From Octopus sinensis (Eukaryota), in NCBI RefSeq assembly GCF_006345805.1, contig NC_043019.1, positions 4,463,360-4,527,359 on the forward strand: a DNA stretch of 64,000 bases, given 5' to 3'. Below the pieces are notes generated by a model. It did no database searches, was not told the origin of the DNA, and saw only the letters and a list, made by a program, of their open reading frames with translations. Each line of letters starts with the position of its first letter. Positions within the stretch are counted from its first letter, which is position 1. The position numbers and the translations under genes are program-made. Positions 21,835 to 34,655 of this stretch are shown one piece after another.

Positions 21835-22188
21835 CTTTCACGATCGTTACCACGTCGTGATCGTTACCGTGTCGCCTTACGAGCATTTGTGCTGGTGGCA
21901 CGTGAAACATTCGAGCGAGGTCGTCGCCAGTGCTGCTGGACTGGCTCCTGTGCAGGTGGCACGTAAAAAGCACCATGTGGGCGTGGCTGTTGCCAGTACC
22001 ACCAAACTGGCCCTTGTGCCGGTGGCATGTAAAAGCACCCACTACACTCTTGGAGTGGTTGGCGTTAGGGAGGGCATCCAGCTGTAGAAACTCTACCAGA
22101 TCAGATTGGAGTCTGGTTCGCCAGACCTCAGTCAAATCGTCCAACCCATGCTAGCATGGAAAGCGGACGTTAAATAATGATGATGATT
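21835..22188 (+). mobile_element. S3 element with ~4 GTGGCACGTAAAAAGCAC core repeats
   Basis: Ends CCAACCCATGCTAGCATGGAAAGCGGACGTTAAATAATGATGATG. Confidence 0.8.
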
Positions 22189-22338
22189 CTTTTACTTGTT
22201 TCAGTCATTTGACTGTTACCATGCTGGAACACTGCCTGTAGATAAAAAAATTGACCCCAGGACTTATTCTTTGTAAGCCTAGTACTTATTCTATCAGTCT
22301 CTTTTGCCGAACCACTAAGTTACGGGGGATGTGTGAGA

Positions 22339-22453
22339 CGCTTATTGCACCTAGGTTTCCCAAATGGTTACCTAAGTACTCGCTAGGCTCAACATTGCTT
22401 AACTTTGGTAATCAGACAAGAACCGGCGCTTTCAACATGATTTAGCCGTAAGT
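22339..22453 (-). pseudogene. 5S rRNA: 5S rRNA pseudogene inside an S2 SINE (22188-22635)
   Basis: Minus: CTTACGGCTAAATCATGTTGAAAGCGCCGGTTCTTGTCTGATTACCAAAGTTAAGCAATGTTGAGCCTAGCGAGTACTTAGG..TGGGAAACCTAGGTGCAATAAGC. Collinear with metazoan 5S; many C>T/G>A changes; deletion in the box C region. Confidence 0.9.
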
Positions 22454-23034
22454 CATATATTTCTATATACATGATGGGCTTCTTTTAGTTTCCTTCCACC
22501 AAATCAACTCACAAGGCTTTGGTCGGCATGAGGCTATTACAGAAGACACATGCCCAAGTTGCTATGCAGTGGGACTGAACCCAGAACCAAGTGGTTGGGA
22601 AGCAAGCTTTTTATCACACAGCCAAATCTGCACCTATGCTTAATCATTTAATCACATTCTGTCTGACTACCTTTATCAGTTTATCAACTTACTTTTCCGC
22701 CAACCGCCAACCATTTGTCTACACCACTGCATTTTGGTAAAGGAGAACTTTGATTGGATATTGGTTATCAGCGACAGAAAGTAATGTAGTTATATTGAGT
22801 GACAACCAAAACCTAATATCTCTGATAATAACTGTCATTCCTTTATCTTTCACCCTCAAAATATTTGTTTATCATTGATTTGCCATGTTGACATTGTCAT
22901 TACTAGTCAGAGGAAGACAGGCTATTCAATTCTATTCTTTTTTTTATACACCTTCCTAGATGCAGATATGGAAACGTGTGTGAGGCAATTGTCGTTTCTG
23001 TTCAGGTGTATGCTTGCATTAGTGTTATATACAA

Positions 23035-23719
23035 GGTGGCAAGCTTGCAGAGATGTTAGCACACCGGGCGAAATGCATAGTGGTATTTCGTCTGCCATTA
23101 CATTCTGAATTCAAATTCCGCCGAGATCCACTTTGCCTTTCATCCTTTTGGGGAAGATTAAATAAGTACCAGTTACGCACTGGAGTCGATGTAATCGATT
23201 TAATCCGTGTCTCTATCCTTGTTTGTCCCCTCTGTATTTAGCCCCTTGTGGGTAGTAAAGAAATTGGTATTTCGTCTGCTGCTACGTTCTGAGTTCAAAT
23301 TCTGCCGAGGTTGACTTTGCCTTTCATCCTTTCAAGGTTGATTAAATAAGTACCAGTTACGCATTGGGGTCGATATAATCAACTTAATCCGTTTGTCTGT
23401 CCTTGTTTGTCTCCTCTTTGTTTAACTCCAAAAAGGAGACAAACAAGGACAGACAAACGGATTAAGTTGATTATATCGACCCCAGTGCGTAACTGGTACT
23501 TATTTGTTTAGCCCCTAGTGTGTAGTAAAGAAACAGGTATTTCGTCTGCCGTTACGTTCTGAGTTCAAATTCCGCCGAGGTCGACTTTGCCTTTCATCCT
23601 TTCGGGGTCGATAAATTAACTACCAGTTGCGCACCAGGGTCGATATAATCGACTTAATCCCTTTGTTTGTCCTTGTTTGTCCCCTCTATGTTTAGCCCCT
23701 TGTGGGTAGTAAAGAAATA
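23035..23719 (+). mobile_element. S1 SINE trimer (head + 3 units) with an internal fold-back
   Basis: Junctions GAAATT|GGTATTTC (~23265) and GAAACA|GGTATTTC (~23536). Confidence 0.9.
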
Positions 23720-23900
23720 AGATATGAATTTTTGTCTACATATGTATATGTGTTTGTATGTATATATATAAATATATATATATATATGTATGTATGTATT
23801 TCTGTATGTATATATGTGTTTATATTTATATATGCGTATGTATGTGTATATGTATGTATATATGTATGCATGTGTATATGTATGTGTATATATATATATA

Positions 23901-23946
<46 letters not shown>

Positions 23947-24377
23947 ATATATGAATGCGTATTTGTTAATTATATTATGTTTGTATCTTCCCAGACACAT
24001 GCACTCGTGTGTGTGTGTGTGTGAGACTGTACGTGTGTATATTTATGTGTGTGTATGTTTGTATATTCTTATATGTTAGGTATATACGTATTCATTCCTT
24101 GTGAATTAATAATAATTTTTTCCTTCATATATTTGTTTTTTATTCTTTTTTAACGTCTCCCCTGAGGTGGGCAATTTTTTGCGTGGGAGATTTTTTTCGA
24201 ATAAATCATACATGTTCAAATATTGAATCAATTTCAATAGAGTTTTGTTATTTAGCTAGAAGCTTCTAATAATATATTTTTTTTCGTTTTCAATATAAAT
24301 ATATATACATCTGACTTTTGGTGGCTTTTTTCTGTTAGTGGACATGTGGTTTCTATCTGCTAAACACATGTGTTTTT

Positions 24378-25160
24378 ACATTACATTACATTTCATTTCA
24401 TTTGAATTTGAGTCCATGCTCAGGCCAAGTCGAAGACTCCACCCTCAGAGTCTGGTGTGGTTGCCAGGTTGCATTCTCTGTTTAATTTTGTCATGTGTAG
24501 GAGCAAGTTTGAGTCAGTTTGTGCTCGTTGTGTATATCCTGGGAGATGGGGTTCATCTCTAATGGTGCTTAAGTATCTATCCAGCTGCAATTTGAAGGAT
24601 TCCACACTGCATCCTGATAGATTTCTGACATGTACCGGAATGGAGTTGAATAGTTGTGCTCCTCGAACCAACAGACTTGACTCTCGCAGGGTTTTTGCTG
24701 CCTGGCCAGCCTTTTTGTTGATTGGTGGTAGCTGGCAGCGTCTTCCGTGGCGCAGTGAGTGGTAGGTTTTGATACCAAAGTTTGGCACCTTTTGCTCAAT
24801 CATTTTCCAAATGTATATAATTCGGTATCGCTCAAATCTTCTTTCTATTGAGTACATCTTCAAGGTTTTGAGTCTTTGCCAATAGTCCAGGTCCCTCGTT
24901 TCTGAGAAGTATGAGGTAAAATTTCTTTGGAGCGATTCCATGTTAGATAGTTGGCCCTTTGTTGTTGGTGACCACAACTGAGAACAGTAGTCAATCCTCG
25001 GAAGTATCATACTGTTCCAGAGGGTTTTCATTGCTGAGGTATCTCTTGATTTGAAGGTGCGCAAGATCCACCCGCTGTACTTTCTTGCAGTAAGACACAC
25101 TGAGTCAAGGTGTTCTCTGAATTTTAGGCTGGTTCCCATGTGGATGCCTCGATCTTTTAC
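24378..25160 (-). mobile_element. 5'-truncated CR1/L2-group LINE, RT C-terminus, open ORF 24420-25139
   Basis: VKDRGI..LPRIDYCSQLWSP..ESLQRNFT..YWQRLKTLKMYSIERRFERY..LFNSIP..FKLQLDRYL; (AAATG/TAATG)n tail. Confidence 0.9.
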
Positions 25161-25351
25161 TATTTTTTAAATATATCCGTTAGACTTTTTAAGTTATAGT
25201 TATTTGCACAAATAGACTTGCATACACATTGATATGGCTTTCTTTTTCGTCTCTCTAATTATTAATTTCCCCTTTTACAACTTGTTTGTAGATATCCACT
25301 TTAATTTTTCCCTATTACCCCATCTGATTTTCCTTGTTGAATTTTATTAAT

Positions 25352-25660
25352 AACTTTTTTGATGTTCTTCCTAAAAATTCTTCACACTGATGAGAATGAC
25401 AATGCATAACTCTAATTATACCAATAATTATCATTATTATTTCTTAAATATTTGTGTTGTCCTTTGAAACGGGCGTATGTATTGAATTCAATTTTGTATT
25501 AAATTCAACTTTTTTGATGTTCTTCCTAAAATTTCTTCACACTGATGAGAATGACAATGCATAACTCTAATTATACTAATAATCATTGTTATTATTTCTT
25601 AAATATTTGTGTTGTCCTCTGAAACGGGCATATGTATTGAATTCAATTTTATATTAAATT
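25352..25660 (+). repeat. Two ~155-bp tandem units, each with a degenerate long-helix-II hammerhead motif
   Basis: CTGATGA at 25387 and 25542; GACAATGCA/TGTGTTGTC stem; GAAAC at 25466 and 25621; GTA triplet in unit 1 only. Confidence 0.6.
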
Positions 25661-25965
25661 CAAATTTGATTTTAACATATTTTCTCCATTCTTATACTTG
25701 TTTATGGTATCTTTATACTTATAACATATTTTTTCAGGTGCTATTTTCGTATTCTTAATACTTGATCTATACTTGGTTATAGGTTTTGTTTTCTTCCCAT
25801 CTTCCATGCTTTTCCGCCATTCAGGACATATGGGATTTTTGGTCATAAATGATGGGTTGCTTCAGTTATGATGATGCTTATTATTCATATTGTAGTTCCT
25901 GTGTTGTCCGTATTTTCTTTGTCTTTCTTCCCATGTATGCATCCATCCAGGGTACATGGTATAAC
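25650..25965 (-). mobile_element. Possible decayed PLE GIY-YIG endonuclease remnant
   Basis: Frameshifted VIPC..AYMGRKTKKIRTTQE..QKSHMS..TINKYKN; weak resemblance only. Confidence 0.4.
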
Positions 25966-26566
25966 TAATAATATATTTTATTTAAACACCCAAGGGAAAT
26001 AACACATAGCACCTGCATTTACAATTGTCAGTTTTTAGCGAAGCAGTCAATATTTGATTCTCACGATCAACGGACCTAATTCTGCATTTCACTACTCACA
26101 GTTTACAACTGCTAAACCTTATTGTTACACTTTCTTCATTTGTATCTTAAACCTTAAAGACTTCATTCATACATTTATATACATACATACTTTTTTTCGT
26201 TTATATATACTACAATTATATATTAGCTTTAATAAATTAGCCTTTATAAAGTTAACCATTAAAATGCTACAACGAGTAAGAGTACAAGTGGGTACTTCTA
26301 CTTCACAAACTGCTCTAATGTGACAACGGCAACCTCAAGTAAGTCTCCGATTCATTATATCTGATATTTACTAAATCAAACAATTATTCATCTATTCTAC
26401 TTCAATATCTACACAGTTATATACATATTGCTGTAATTAATTCACACATTGCATTAATAGACATTTTTTTCAACATCTCCAAATAACTAAATGCTAGTAA
26501 TGCATGCAGAGTTTTCAATTAAATTTGATTACACTTGAATGCCCATAACTTTGATAATTCTGCATT

Positions 26567-29179
26567 TTTCCAGTTAAACTTTTACGATGACAGGAGATAA
26601 ACTTTTGATTCCAGAATGTATTTAATGCGTCCCATTCCTGCTTTTTCTCATGGACAGCTCCATGTCGGATGCTCCAGAGTTGGAAATCTGGAAAATTTAT
26701 TCATCTATGCACCCAACAGCAAAACCAAAACCATTGTGTATCACGAAGCCCTGCAAGACTGAGATTTTGGAACAAAGATGCCTCTCCCTCTGACAACCTC
26801 TCTTGCCAACCTCCAAAAACCTCTCTCACCAACCTCCAAAAACCTCTCTCACCAACCTCCAAAAACCTCTCTCGACAACCTTTGACAATCTCTCTCACCA
26901 ACCTCCGAAAACCTCTCTCACCAACCTCCAAAAACCTCTCTCGACAACCTTTGACAATCTCTCTTACCAACCTCCAAAAATCTCTCTCGACAACCTTTGA
27001 TAATCTCTCTCACCAACCTCCGAAAACCTCTCTCACCAACCTCCAAAACCTCTCTTGACAGCCTTTGACAATCTCTCTCACCACCTCCAAAAATCTCTCT
27101 CGACAACCTTTGATAATCTCTCTCACCAACCTCCGAAAACCTCTCTCACCAACCTCCAAAAACTTCTCTTGACAGCCTTTGACAATCTCTCTCACCAACC
27201 TCCAAAAATCTCTCTCGACAACCTTTGATAATCTCTCTCACCAACCTCCGAAAACCTCTCTCACCTACCTCCAAAAACCTCTCTCGACAGCCTTTGACAA
27301 TCTCTCTCACCAACCTCCAAAAATCTCTCTCGACAACCTTTGATAATCTCTCTCACCAACCTCCGAAAACCTCTCTCACCAACCTCCAAAAACCTCTCTT
27401 GACAACCTTTGACAATCTCTCTCACCAACCTCCGAAAACCTCTGCCGACAACCTCCGAAAACCTCTCTCACCAACCTCCAAAAACCTCTCTCGACAACCT
27501 TTGACAATCTCTCTCACCAACCTCCAAAAATCTCTCTCGACAACCTTTGATAATCTCTCTCACCAACCTCCGAAAACCTCTCTCACCAACCTCCAAAAAC
27601 CTCTCTTGACAGCCTTTGACAATCTCTCTCACCAACCTCCAAAAATCTCTCTCGACAACCTTTGATAATCTCTCTCACCAACCTCCGAAAACCTCTCTCA
27701 CCAACCTCCAAAAACCTCTCTCGACAACCTTTGACAATCTCTCTCACCAACCTCCAAAAATCTCTCTCGACAACCTTTGATAATCTCTCTCGACAACCTT
27801 TGATAATCTCTCTCACCAACCTCCGAAAACCTCTCTCACCAACCTCCAAAAACCTCTCTCGACAACCTTTGACAATCTCTCACCAACCTCCAAAAATCTC
27901 TCTCGACAACCTTTGATAATCTCTCTCACCAACCTCCGAAAACCTCTCTCACCAACCTCCAAAAACTTCTCTTGACAGCCTTTGACAATCTCTCTCACCA
28001 ACCTCCAAAAATCTCTCTCGACAACCTTTGATAATCTCTCTCACCAACCTCCGAAAACCTCTCTCACCAACCTCCAAAAACCTCTCTCGACAGCCTTTGA
28101 CAATCTCTCTCACCAACCTCCAAAAATCTCTCTCGACAACCTTTGATAACCTCTCTCACCAACCTCCGAAAACCTCTCTCACCAACCTCCAAAAACTTCT
28201 CTTGACAGCCTTTGACAATCTCTCTCACCAACCTCCAAAAATCTCTCTCTCGACAACCTTTGATAATCTCTCTCACCAACCTCCGAAAACCTCTCTCACC
28301 AACCTCCAAAAACCTCTCTCGACAGCCTTTGACAATCTCTCTCACCAACCTCCAAAAATCTCTCTCGACAACCTTTGATAATCTCTCTCACCACCTCCGA
28401 AAACCTCTCCACCAACCTCCAAAAACTTCTCTTGACAGCCTTTGACAATCTCTCTCACCAACCTCCAAAAATCTCTCTCGACAACCTTTGATAATCTCTC
28501 TCACCAACCTCCGAAAACCTCTCTCACCAACCTCCAAAAACCTCTCTCGACAGCCTTTGACAATCTCTCTCACCAACCTCCAAAAATCTCTCTCGACAAC
28601 CTTTGATAATCTCTCTCACCAACCTCCGAAAACCTCTCTCACCAACCTCCAAAAACCTCTCTCGACAACCTTTGACAATCTCTCTCACCAACCTCCAAAA
28701 ATCTCTCTCGACAACCTTTGACAATCTCTCTCACCAACCTCCAAAAATCTCTCTCGACAACCTTTGATAATCTCTCTCACCAACCTTTGATAATTTCTCT
28801 CACCAACCTCCAAAAACCTCTCTCACCAACCTCCAAAAATCTCTCTCGACAACCTTTGACAATCTCTCTCACCAACCTTTGATAATTTCTCTCACCAACC
28901 TCCAAAAACCTCTCTCACCAACCTCCAAAAACCTCTAACAACAATCTTTGACAATCTTTCTCACCAACCTCTGACAATCTCTCTCGCCAACCTCCGTAAA
29001 GCTCTCTTGCCTACCTCCAACAACTCTCCCTCCTCCAGCTGACAGTTTTTTGTACTTTTTCGTTATGGGAAAATACACCTTTTGTGGCAGTTATAACGAA
29101 ATTGCTTTTTTATATTAGAGTAATAAGGTGTTTAAATAGAACATCTTTACTCCTGGGAATTACCAGGTACATCAGCTAG
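26567..29179 (+). mobile_element. Helitron 3' portion: Pif1-type helicase C-terminus, satellite, terminal hairpin and CTAG
   Basis: FPVKL at 26567. FSHGQLHVGCSRVGNLENLFIYAPNSKTKTIVYHEALQD* at 26643-26762. CCTGG-GAATTA-CCAGG at 29152-29167, then CTAG|T at 29176-29180. 5' end not located. Confidence 0.8.
26790..29030. repeat. 23-bp minisatellite organised as a 115-bp (5-mer) higher-order repeat
   Basis: Monomers YCTCTCTCACCAACCTCCRAAAA and YCTCTCTCGACARCCTTTGAYAA; TTGATAATC at 27225 and 27340 gives a period of 115. Confidence 0.95.
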
Positions 29180-29261
29180 TATACATATATACATATACTT
29201 ATATATATACATACACATGTATAGACATATGTATCTATATATATATGTGCATTTATATCAT

Positions 29262-29430
29262 AATCATCATTTAATGTCTGTTTTCCATGCTGGTATGGGT
29301 TGGATGGTTTGACTGGGGACTGGCAAGCCAACAGGCCACACCAGACTCCAATCTGATCAGACAATTTTTCTACAGCTGGATACCTTTCCTGGCGCCAACC
29401 ATTCCAAGAGTGTAGTGGGTGCTTTTTATG
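29262..29430 (-). mobile_element. S3 element 3' end
   Basis: CATCATTTAATGTCTGTTTTCCATGCTGGTATGGGTTGGA... Confidence 0.7.
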
Positions 29431-30664
29431 CATGTGTATGCATATACATGTATGTATATTTATATATATGTCTCTGCATATCTATGTATATATATGTGTA
29501 TATATATATATATATAATACACTCATATATTCCCTAATATTATTATTATTATATATATATATATATATATACAAATTGAGATAGGGGTTGTAAATGCAAC
29601 CCTCCATGGGATAACATATATCCAATATACTGCTAGTGAAGTACCCAACAAAGTTAATACGTAAATGTTAAGGATTGCGATGCAATCAATTCATCTACTG
29701 TATTATATGGGCAAAGGTAAAATGATTTACCACAAATTACTAATACAAGATAAGAAAATGGAGAAATACATCTAAATCAAATATCAATTACCAGATAATA
29801 CTCAATCACATTCTTATTAAACCACCACATAAGAGACTGTAGGGTTAAATATAAAAAGCAGAACAAATCAGTGTACATAAAGGAATGTACAAAAAAAAGT
29901 GTACATAAAAGATTAATGTTGTATAATAAGTAGAATATATAAAAAAGAGAATATAAATATAAGTTTGTATATATATATATATATATAAATAAATAATATG
30001 TATGAATATTTATATACATATATATATATAATATGTATGTGTATTTATATTAAGTCCAAGAATGTAGTATATGAAATTACATATATTCTGTGGTTTACAA
30101 TTGTTTCTATAACATGTAGGTGATCACTCAAACACCATATCAATGGAAATGGATAATAAAAACAATTTAGCCATGCATATTATGCAATGTATATTACATA
30201 TTCACTCTGGCAGTCATTTGACCATAACCAATTGGAAATATGTAATATACATTACATGACCGGATATCACTTACCTAATACTTGACTGAATTGTTGTTAT
30301 CATTCATGTCTAACGACATGATATTTGATTAGTCATCTGCACATTGTTGAAACGATTGTAAACCATTGAATAAATGTCAAGTCAGATAACTCTATTCTTA
30401 TCTTATTATTTATGCTCCACGATGCAAGTAGACCTGACAGATTTTGTTTGTTTGTGTGAAACCTAAATTTCCACAGGAGAGATATCATCCTTTATGCAAT
30501 TTCAGATAGCTACTGATCACATGACTGCTACATGAGGTAAATGCCTCGATGATCTAATCCTTCCTTGCTAAACATGTGTGTGTGTACGTGTGACATCATC
30601 ATTTAACGCTCACATTCCATGCTGGCATGGGTTGGACATTTTAACAGAATCTGATGAGCCTAAA

Positions 30665-31145
30665 TGAAATTTCCTTCAAGAGGACAGGAAGAAAGTGTTC
30701 TACAATTGCAACTATTACTTTTTATGTGGTTTAAGTTTTCAATTCTAGACAGGTTTTGGTGGTTGTAGTCGGCCTCAGTTTTTTCAAAGTTGTTGGTAGT
30801 GGAGTATAACAATTTTATGCTGTGCTTGTTTATTAGTTTACACTACTTGTGGTTGAGGTGGAAGTGTTTCTACACTATATTGACGTAGAGACTGATATGT
30901 TGAAGGAGGGGTTATACCAGATTATTTTCCTTTTTCTATTCTTGCATATTTTATTTATTGTAGGAAGATTGTTGTTTATATATTGTACTTTTTCATTGTA
31001 ACCATTATTATTGGAGGCTTCATTATATGGAGTTGCTATTTTGTTTAGTGTTTTTTCATTTGAAGATAAAGAGCAAAGTTTAGAAGATATGTTTTTTACT
31101 CAGTTTTTGATAAAGCTTTTGGGGCAGTTGGATTGTTTTATGTAT
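30665..31145 (-). mobile_element. Penelope-like element remnant (post-RT region)
   Basis: SKLCSLSSNEKTLNKIATPYNEA..KNRKRKIIWYNPSF..KHFHLNHK..IKLLYST..CNCRTLSSCPLEGN. Confidence 0.8.
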
Positions 31146-31146
31146 A

Positions 31147-31375
31147 TACTCTTTTTACTCTTTTACTTGTTTCAGTCATTTGACTGCGGCCATGCTGGAG
31201 CACCGCCTTTAATCGAGCAAATCGACCCCAGGACTTATTCTTTGTAAGCCCAGTACTTATTCTATGAGTCTCTTTTTGCCGAACCGCTAAGTGACGGGGA
31301 CGTAAACACACCAGCATCGGTTGTCAAGCAATGCTAGGGGGACAAACACAGACACACAAACATATACACACACAT

Positions 31376-31408
<33 letters not shown>

Positions 31409-31580
31409 CATATATATGACAGGCTTCTTTCAGTTTCCGTCTACCAAATCCACTCACAAGGCTTTGGTCGGCCCGAGGCTATAGCAGAAGACACTTGCCC
31501 AAGATGCCATGCAGTGGGACTGAACCTGGAACCATGTGGTTGATAAGCAAGCTACTTACTACACAGCCACTCCTGCGCCT
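31147..31580 (-). mobile_element. S2 SINE, full length
   Basis: Reverse-complement match. Confidence 0.9.
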
Positions 31581-31619
31581 ATATATTTAACTTTTTCATT
31601 ATCTTTCTTAAAATTAGGA

Positions 31620-32640
31620 GACAGTGTCCATTTCTTAGGTGACCAAGTTAGTAGTGGGGGAGGTTGTTCCAAAACTTTAGCTGCTAGAATAAGTACAAGC
31701 TGGGTGAAGTTCAGAGAGCTACTACCTCTGTTAATAAAAAAAAGGGCCTCTCCTTAAGAGTGAAAGGCAGTTTGTATGATGCCTGTGTACAAACAACTAT
31801 GCTACATGGCTGTGAGACATGAGCTGTGTCTACTGAGGATATGTGAATGCTTGAAAGAAATGAAGCCAATTTGCTCTGATGGATGGATAATGTCAGTGTG
31901 CTTTTACGACAGAGTGAAAATGATTTCAGAAAAAAACTCGGATCTTTTCGGTTTGAATGGCAGTTTTTTAAAATAATTTCCATGTAACTAAACACTTTTA
32001 AACTTCGTATACTGGTAGAATGTGTTTATAAAACATCTTTTTCTCTTGGCTTTATTGAGAAAATTCTATAGTTTGTAAGATATTTGTTGTTTTTTTTCTT
32101 CAATTTCTGCAATTTCAACCAATCAGTGACGTCTATTGAGGTGAAAACTTTCTGTGCCGTATGAATATGTCTCTCTTTAAGAAACAGATTGGGTTTATTT
32201 ACATTTCTGAAGAAAAAAGATACCCTAACCCTAACTCTAAAACAGATTGAAATGCAATAGATCAATACTAGGGTCATACTTATGGGTGACAATTTCATAT
32301 GACACCGCTAGAAAAAACTGCCGTTCAAACCGAAAAGATCCAAAAACTCAGTATACAAGGCTCAGATGTAGTTTGCAAGAGAGAAGACTGCATTGGTACA
32401 GCCACATGATGCCTGTGAATGAAGGCATTTGCATCAAGAGGTGCCAATCTCTAATTGTGGAGGAACATGTAGAAGGGGTAGTCCCAGGAAGACATGGCAT
32501 GAAGTGGTGAGAAAGGATCTTCAGACGCTGGGCCTCACGGTGGGGATGACAGGGGAATGAGATACCTGGATGGAATTCCTCTTGGCTATAGTTTTTTACT
32601 TGATCAGGGAAGTTTGGTTACTACATCTAGCAGGGCTAGT
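31620..32640 (+). mobile_element. RTE LINE 3' remnant, split by a MITE
   Basis: FLGDQVSSGGGC..ARISTSWVKFRELLPLL..LRVKGSLYDACV..LHGCET..RRLHWYSHMM..RGSPRKTWHEVVRKDL. Confidence 0.85.
31940..32341. mobile_element. Merlin-like MITE, 8-bp TSD
   Basis: TIR GGATCTTTTCGGTTTGAAYGGCAGTTTTTT; TSD AAAAACTC at 31932-31939 and 32342-32349. GG termini plus an 8-bp TSD fit Merlin. Confidence 0.8.
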
Positions 32641-32851
32641 GACCATGTAGAAGTTCCCCTGCAAAAGTTGTTATTTAACCCCAGTCTGGACCCGAATCAG
32701 ACAGACATGTACTCAGAAACATTCCAGTTGTGGCAATCTTGTCCCTTGGTGATAGGGGTTAATAAGACCACATCAACCGTTTTGTAACAGTAGTGTTGTT
32801 TGAGGGAACCTGGCTGCTATTTTTAGCAGATCGATATGTTTAGTGTGTGTA

Positions 32852-33417
32852 TTGGGTTGTCCAGAAAGTTCGTGCCAATTTATAGTAGCTTACCTTTCGA
32901 CTTATTTTAGAACATGGTTGAGTCTATAAAATAGGATTTGACTACACCTCCATTTAGAGCACAGTTAAAGATATCATTTCGTGGAAGAAGGTTTATGTTC
33001 CTATAACATGTGTTAATTCTGTAACCCTTTAAAATGGAAGATAAGAAAGTTCATTTTCGGCACTTGATGCTTTGGGAACCAGACAAAAATTGCTGCAGCT
33101 CGGCTGGGATGTGTTACCCCACCCTCCATATTCACCAGATATTGCTCCTTCGGATTTCCACTTATTCAGGCCCCTGCAGAATAGTCTTAATGGTAAAAAT
33201 TTCAATTCCTTGGATGACGTAAAAAGATGCCTTGATGAATTTTTTGCCATGAAACCACCTCAATTCTGGGAAGAGGGTATTTTCAAGTTAAAGGAAAGAT
33301 GGAGACACATTGTGCAACAAAATGGTTCATATTTGGTTGATTAAAAATGTAATGGCAAGTATTTATTGACTATTTTCTTTCCTTTAAAAATCGGCACGAA
33401 CTTTCCAGACGACCCAG
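32852..33417 (+). mobile_element. Internally deleted mariner transposon
   Basis: TIR TTGGGTTGTCCAGAAAGTTCGTGCC after TA. MEDKKVHFRHLML (33034) is fused to TRQKLLQLGWDVLPHPPYSPDIAPSDFHLF..GSYLVD* (stop 33344). Confidence 0.92.
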
Positions 33418-34601
33418 TTATATATTCACATACACTCATTCATATGGAAGTTAAAATGTTCAAGGCCGTGTTACGAGAGCTTCTACCACCATATATAGTT
33501 CAGCAGATAGAAAGTGGGCTAGACAAGACAGCTAACGAAAACGTTCATTATTCGCGGGGATTTTCCTGCTGGGGCCGGAAGTCATGCAGACTGCTCAGCA
33601 CTGTTGACATGTATCGAACCAACAATCCTCGAACCGATGTGTTTGTTACCTGTCAGCTGTGATTTGTACATCAAATTCTCTCTCTCTCTCTCTTCCTCTG
33701 CTTTCTTCACTTTCCTTCTTCGTTTTTACCTCTCCCTATTTCTCTCTGTCTCACCTTCCCTCTTTCCCTTACTGTTCTCTGTCTGTCTGTCTCTCCCTCT
33801 TTCCCTCGCCTCATTTCTCACCTTTTTCCCTCTGTTCCTCTCTCTCTCTCTCTACCTTTTCCTCTGTTCCTCTCTCTCTCTCTCTCTACCTTTTCCTCTG
33901 TTCCTCTCTCTCTCTCTCTCTCTCTCTACCTTTTCCTCTGTTTCTACGCTGACCCAGTTATGTGATATCAATTTAGTGAGAATCGAGGAGAAGTAGCAGG
34001 AGAGACAATAACAACTCAGGTAAAAGGTAGCTGTACAGGTAAAGTAGGTAACGACACAAGACAGAAAGATCAAATGCTATTGTTGGAGTGCGAAAAAGGG
34101 AAAAAAAAAACAATAAAACAGAAATGAAATAAAAGTTACATAAATAATTAAACAAAGCATTTTCCACCCTTCTCCACTAGGAAATATTTTAACTAAACCC
34201 TAAGTCTGAAAAGAAATTCTAATAATGTTTAAAGAACATTGATAATCGATGTCTAACACTTTTATCAGGTGAACCTGTTTGGCTTTTTGTTTAAACAAAC
34301 TACATTAGATAATGCAAGTATAGGTTGCTATGAATTGGAAATATGTTACAAAAGCTCTGTGCAATATTGCATTAGTATAATTTATGCTATATATTTAAGG
34401 TAGTTTTTCTTAATCTCTCTTAAATGTGCATTTTAATTTCCCCGTCCGTTACCTGGGCCATCAAAATGCAAGTAATATCGCCATAGTGAGTAAGATGGGT
34501 TTTTTTTTCTTTCTTAGAAATTACATTTTATTAAACAGACAAATGATTTAGTGGGGGCGAAAGGGCGTCACTCACAGACAATAGAAACCATTTCGTGGTT
34601 C

Positions 34602-34655
<54 letters not shown>

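Noticed and set aside
26669-28724. Series of repetitive ORFs; possible CRISPR array
   Set aside because: 23-bp satellite monomers without spacers; eukaryotic context with no cas genes.
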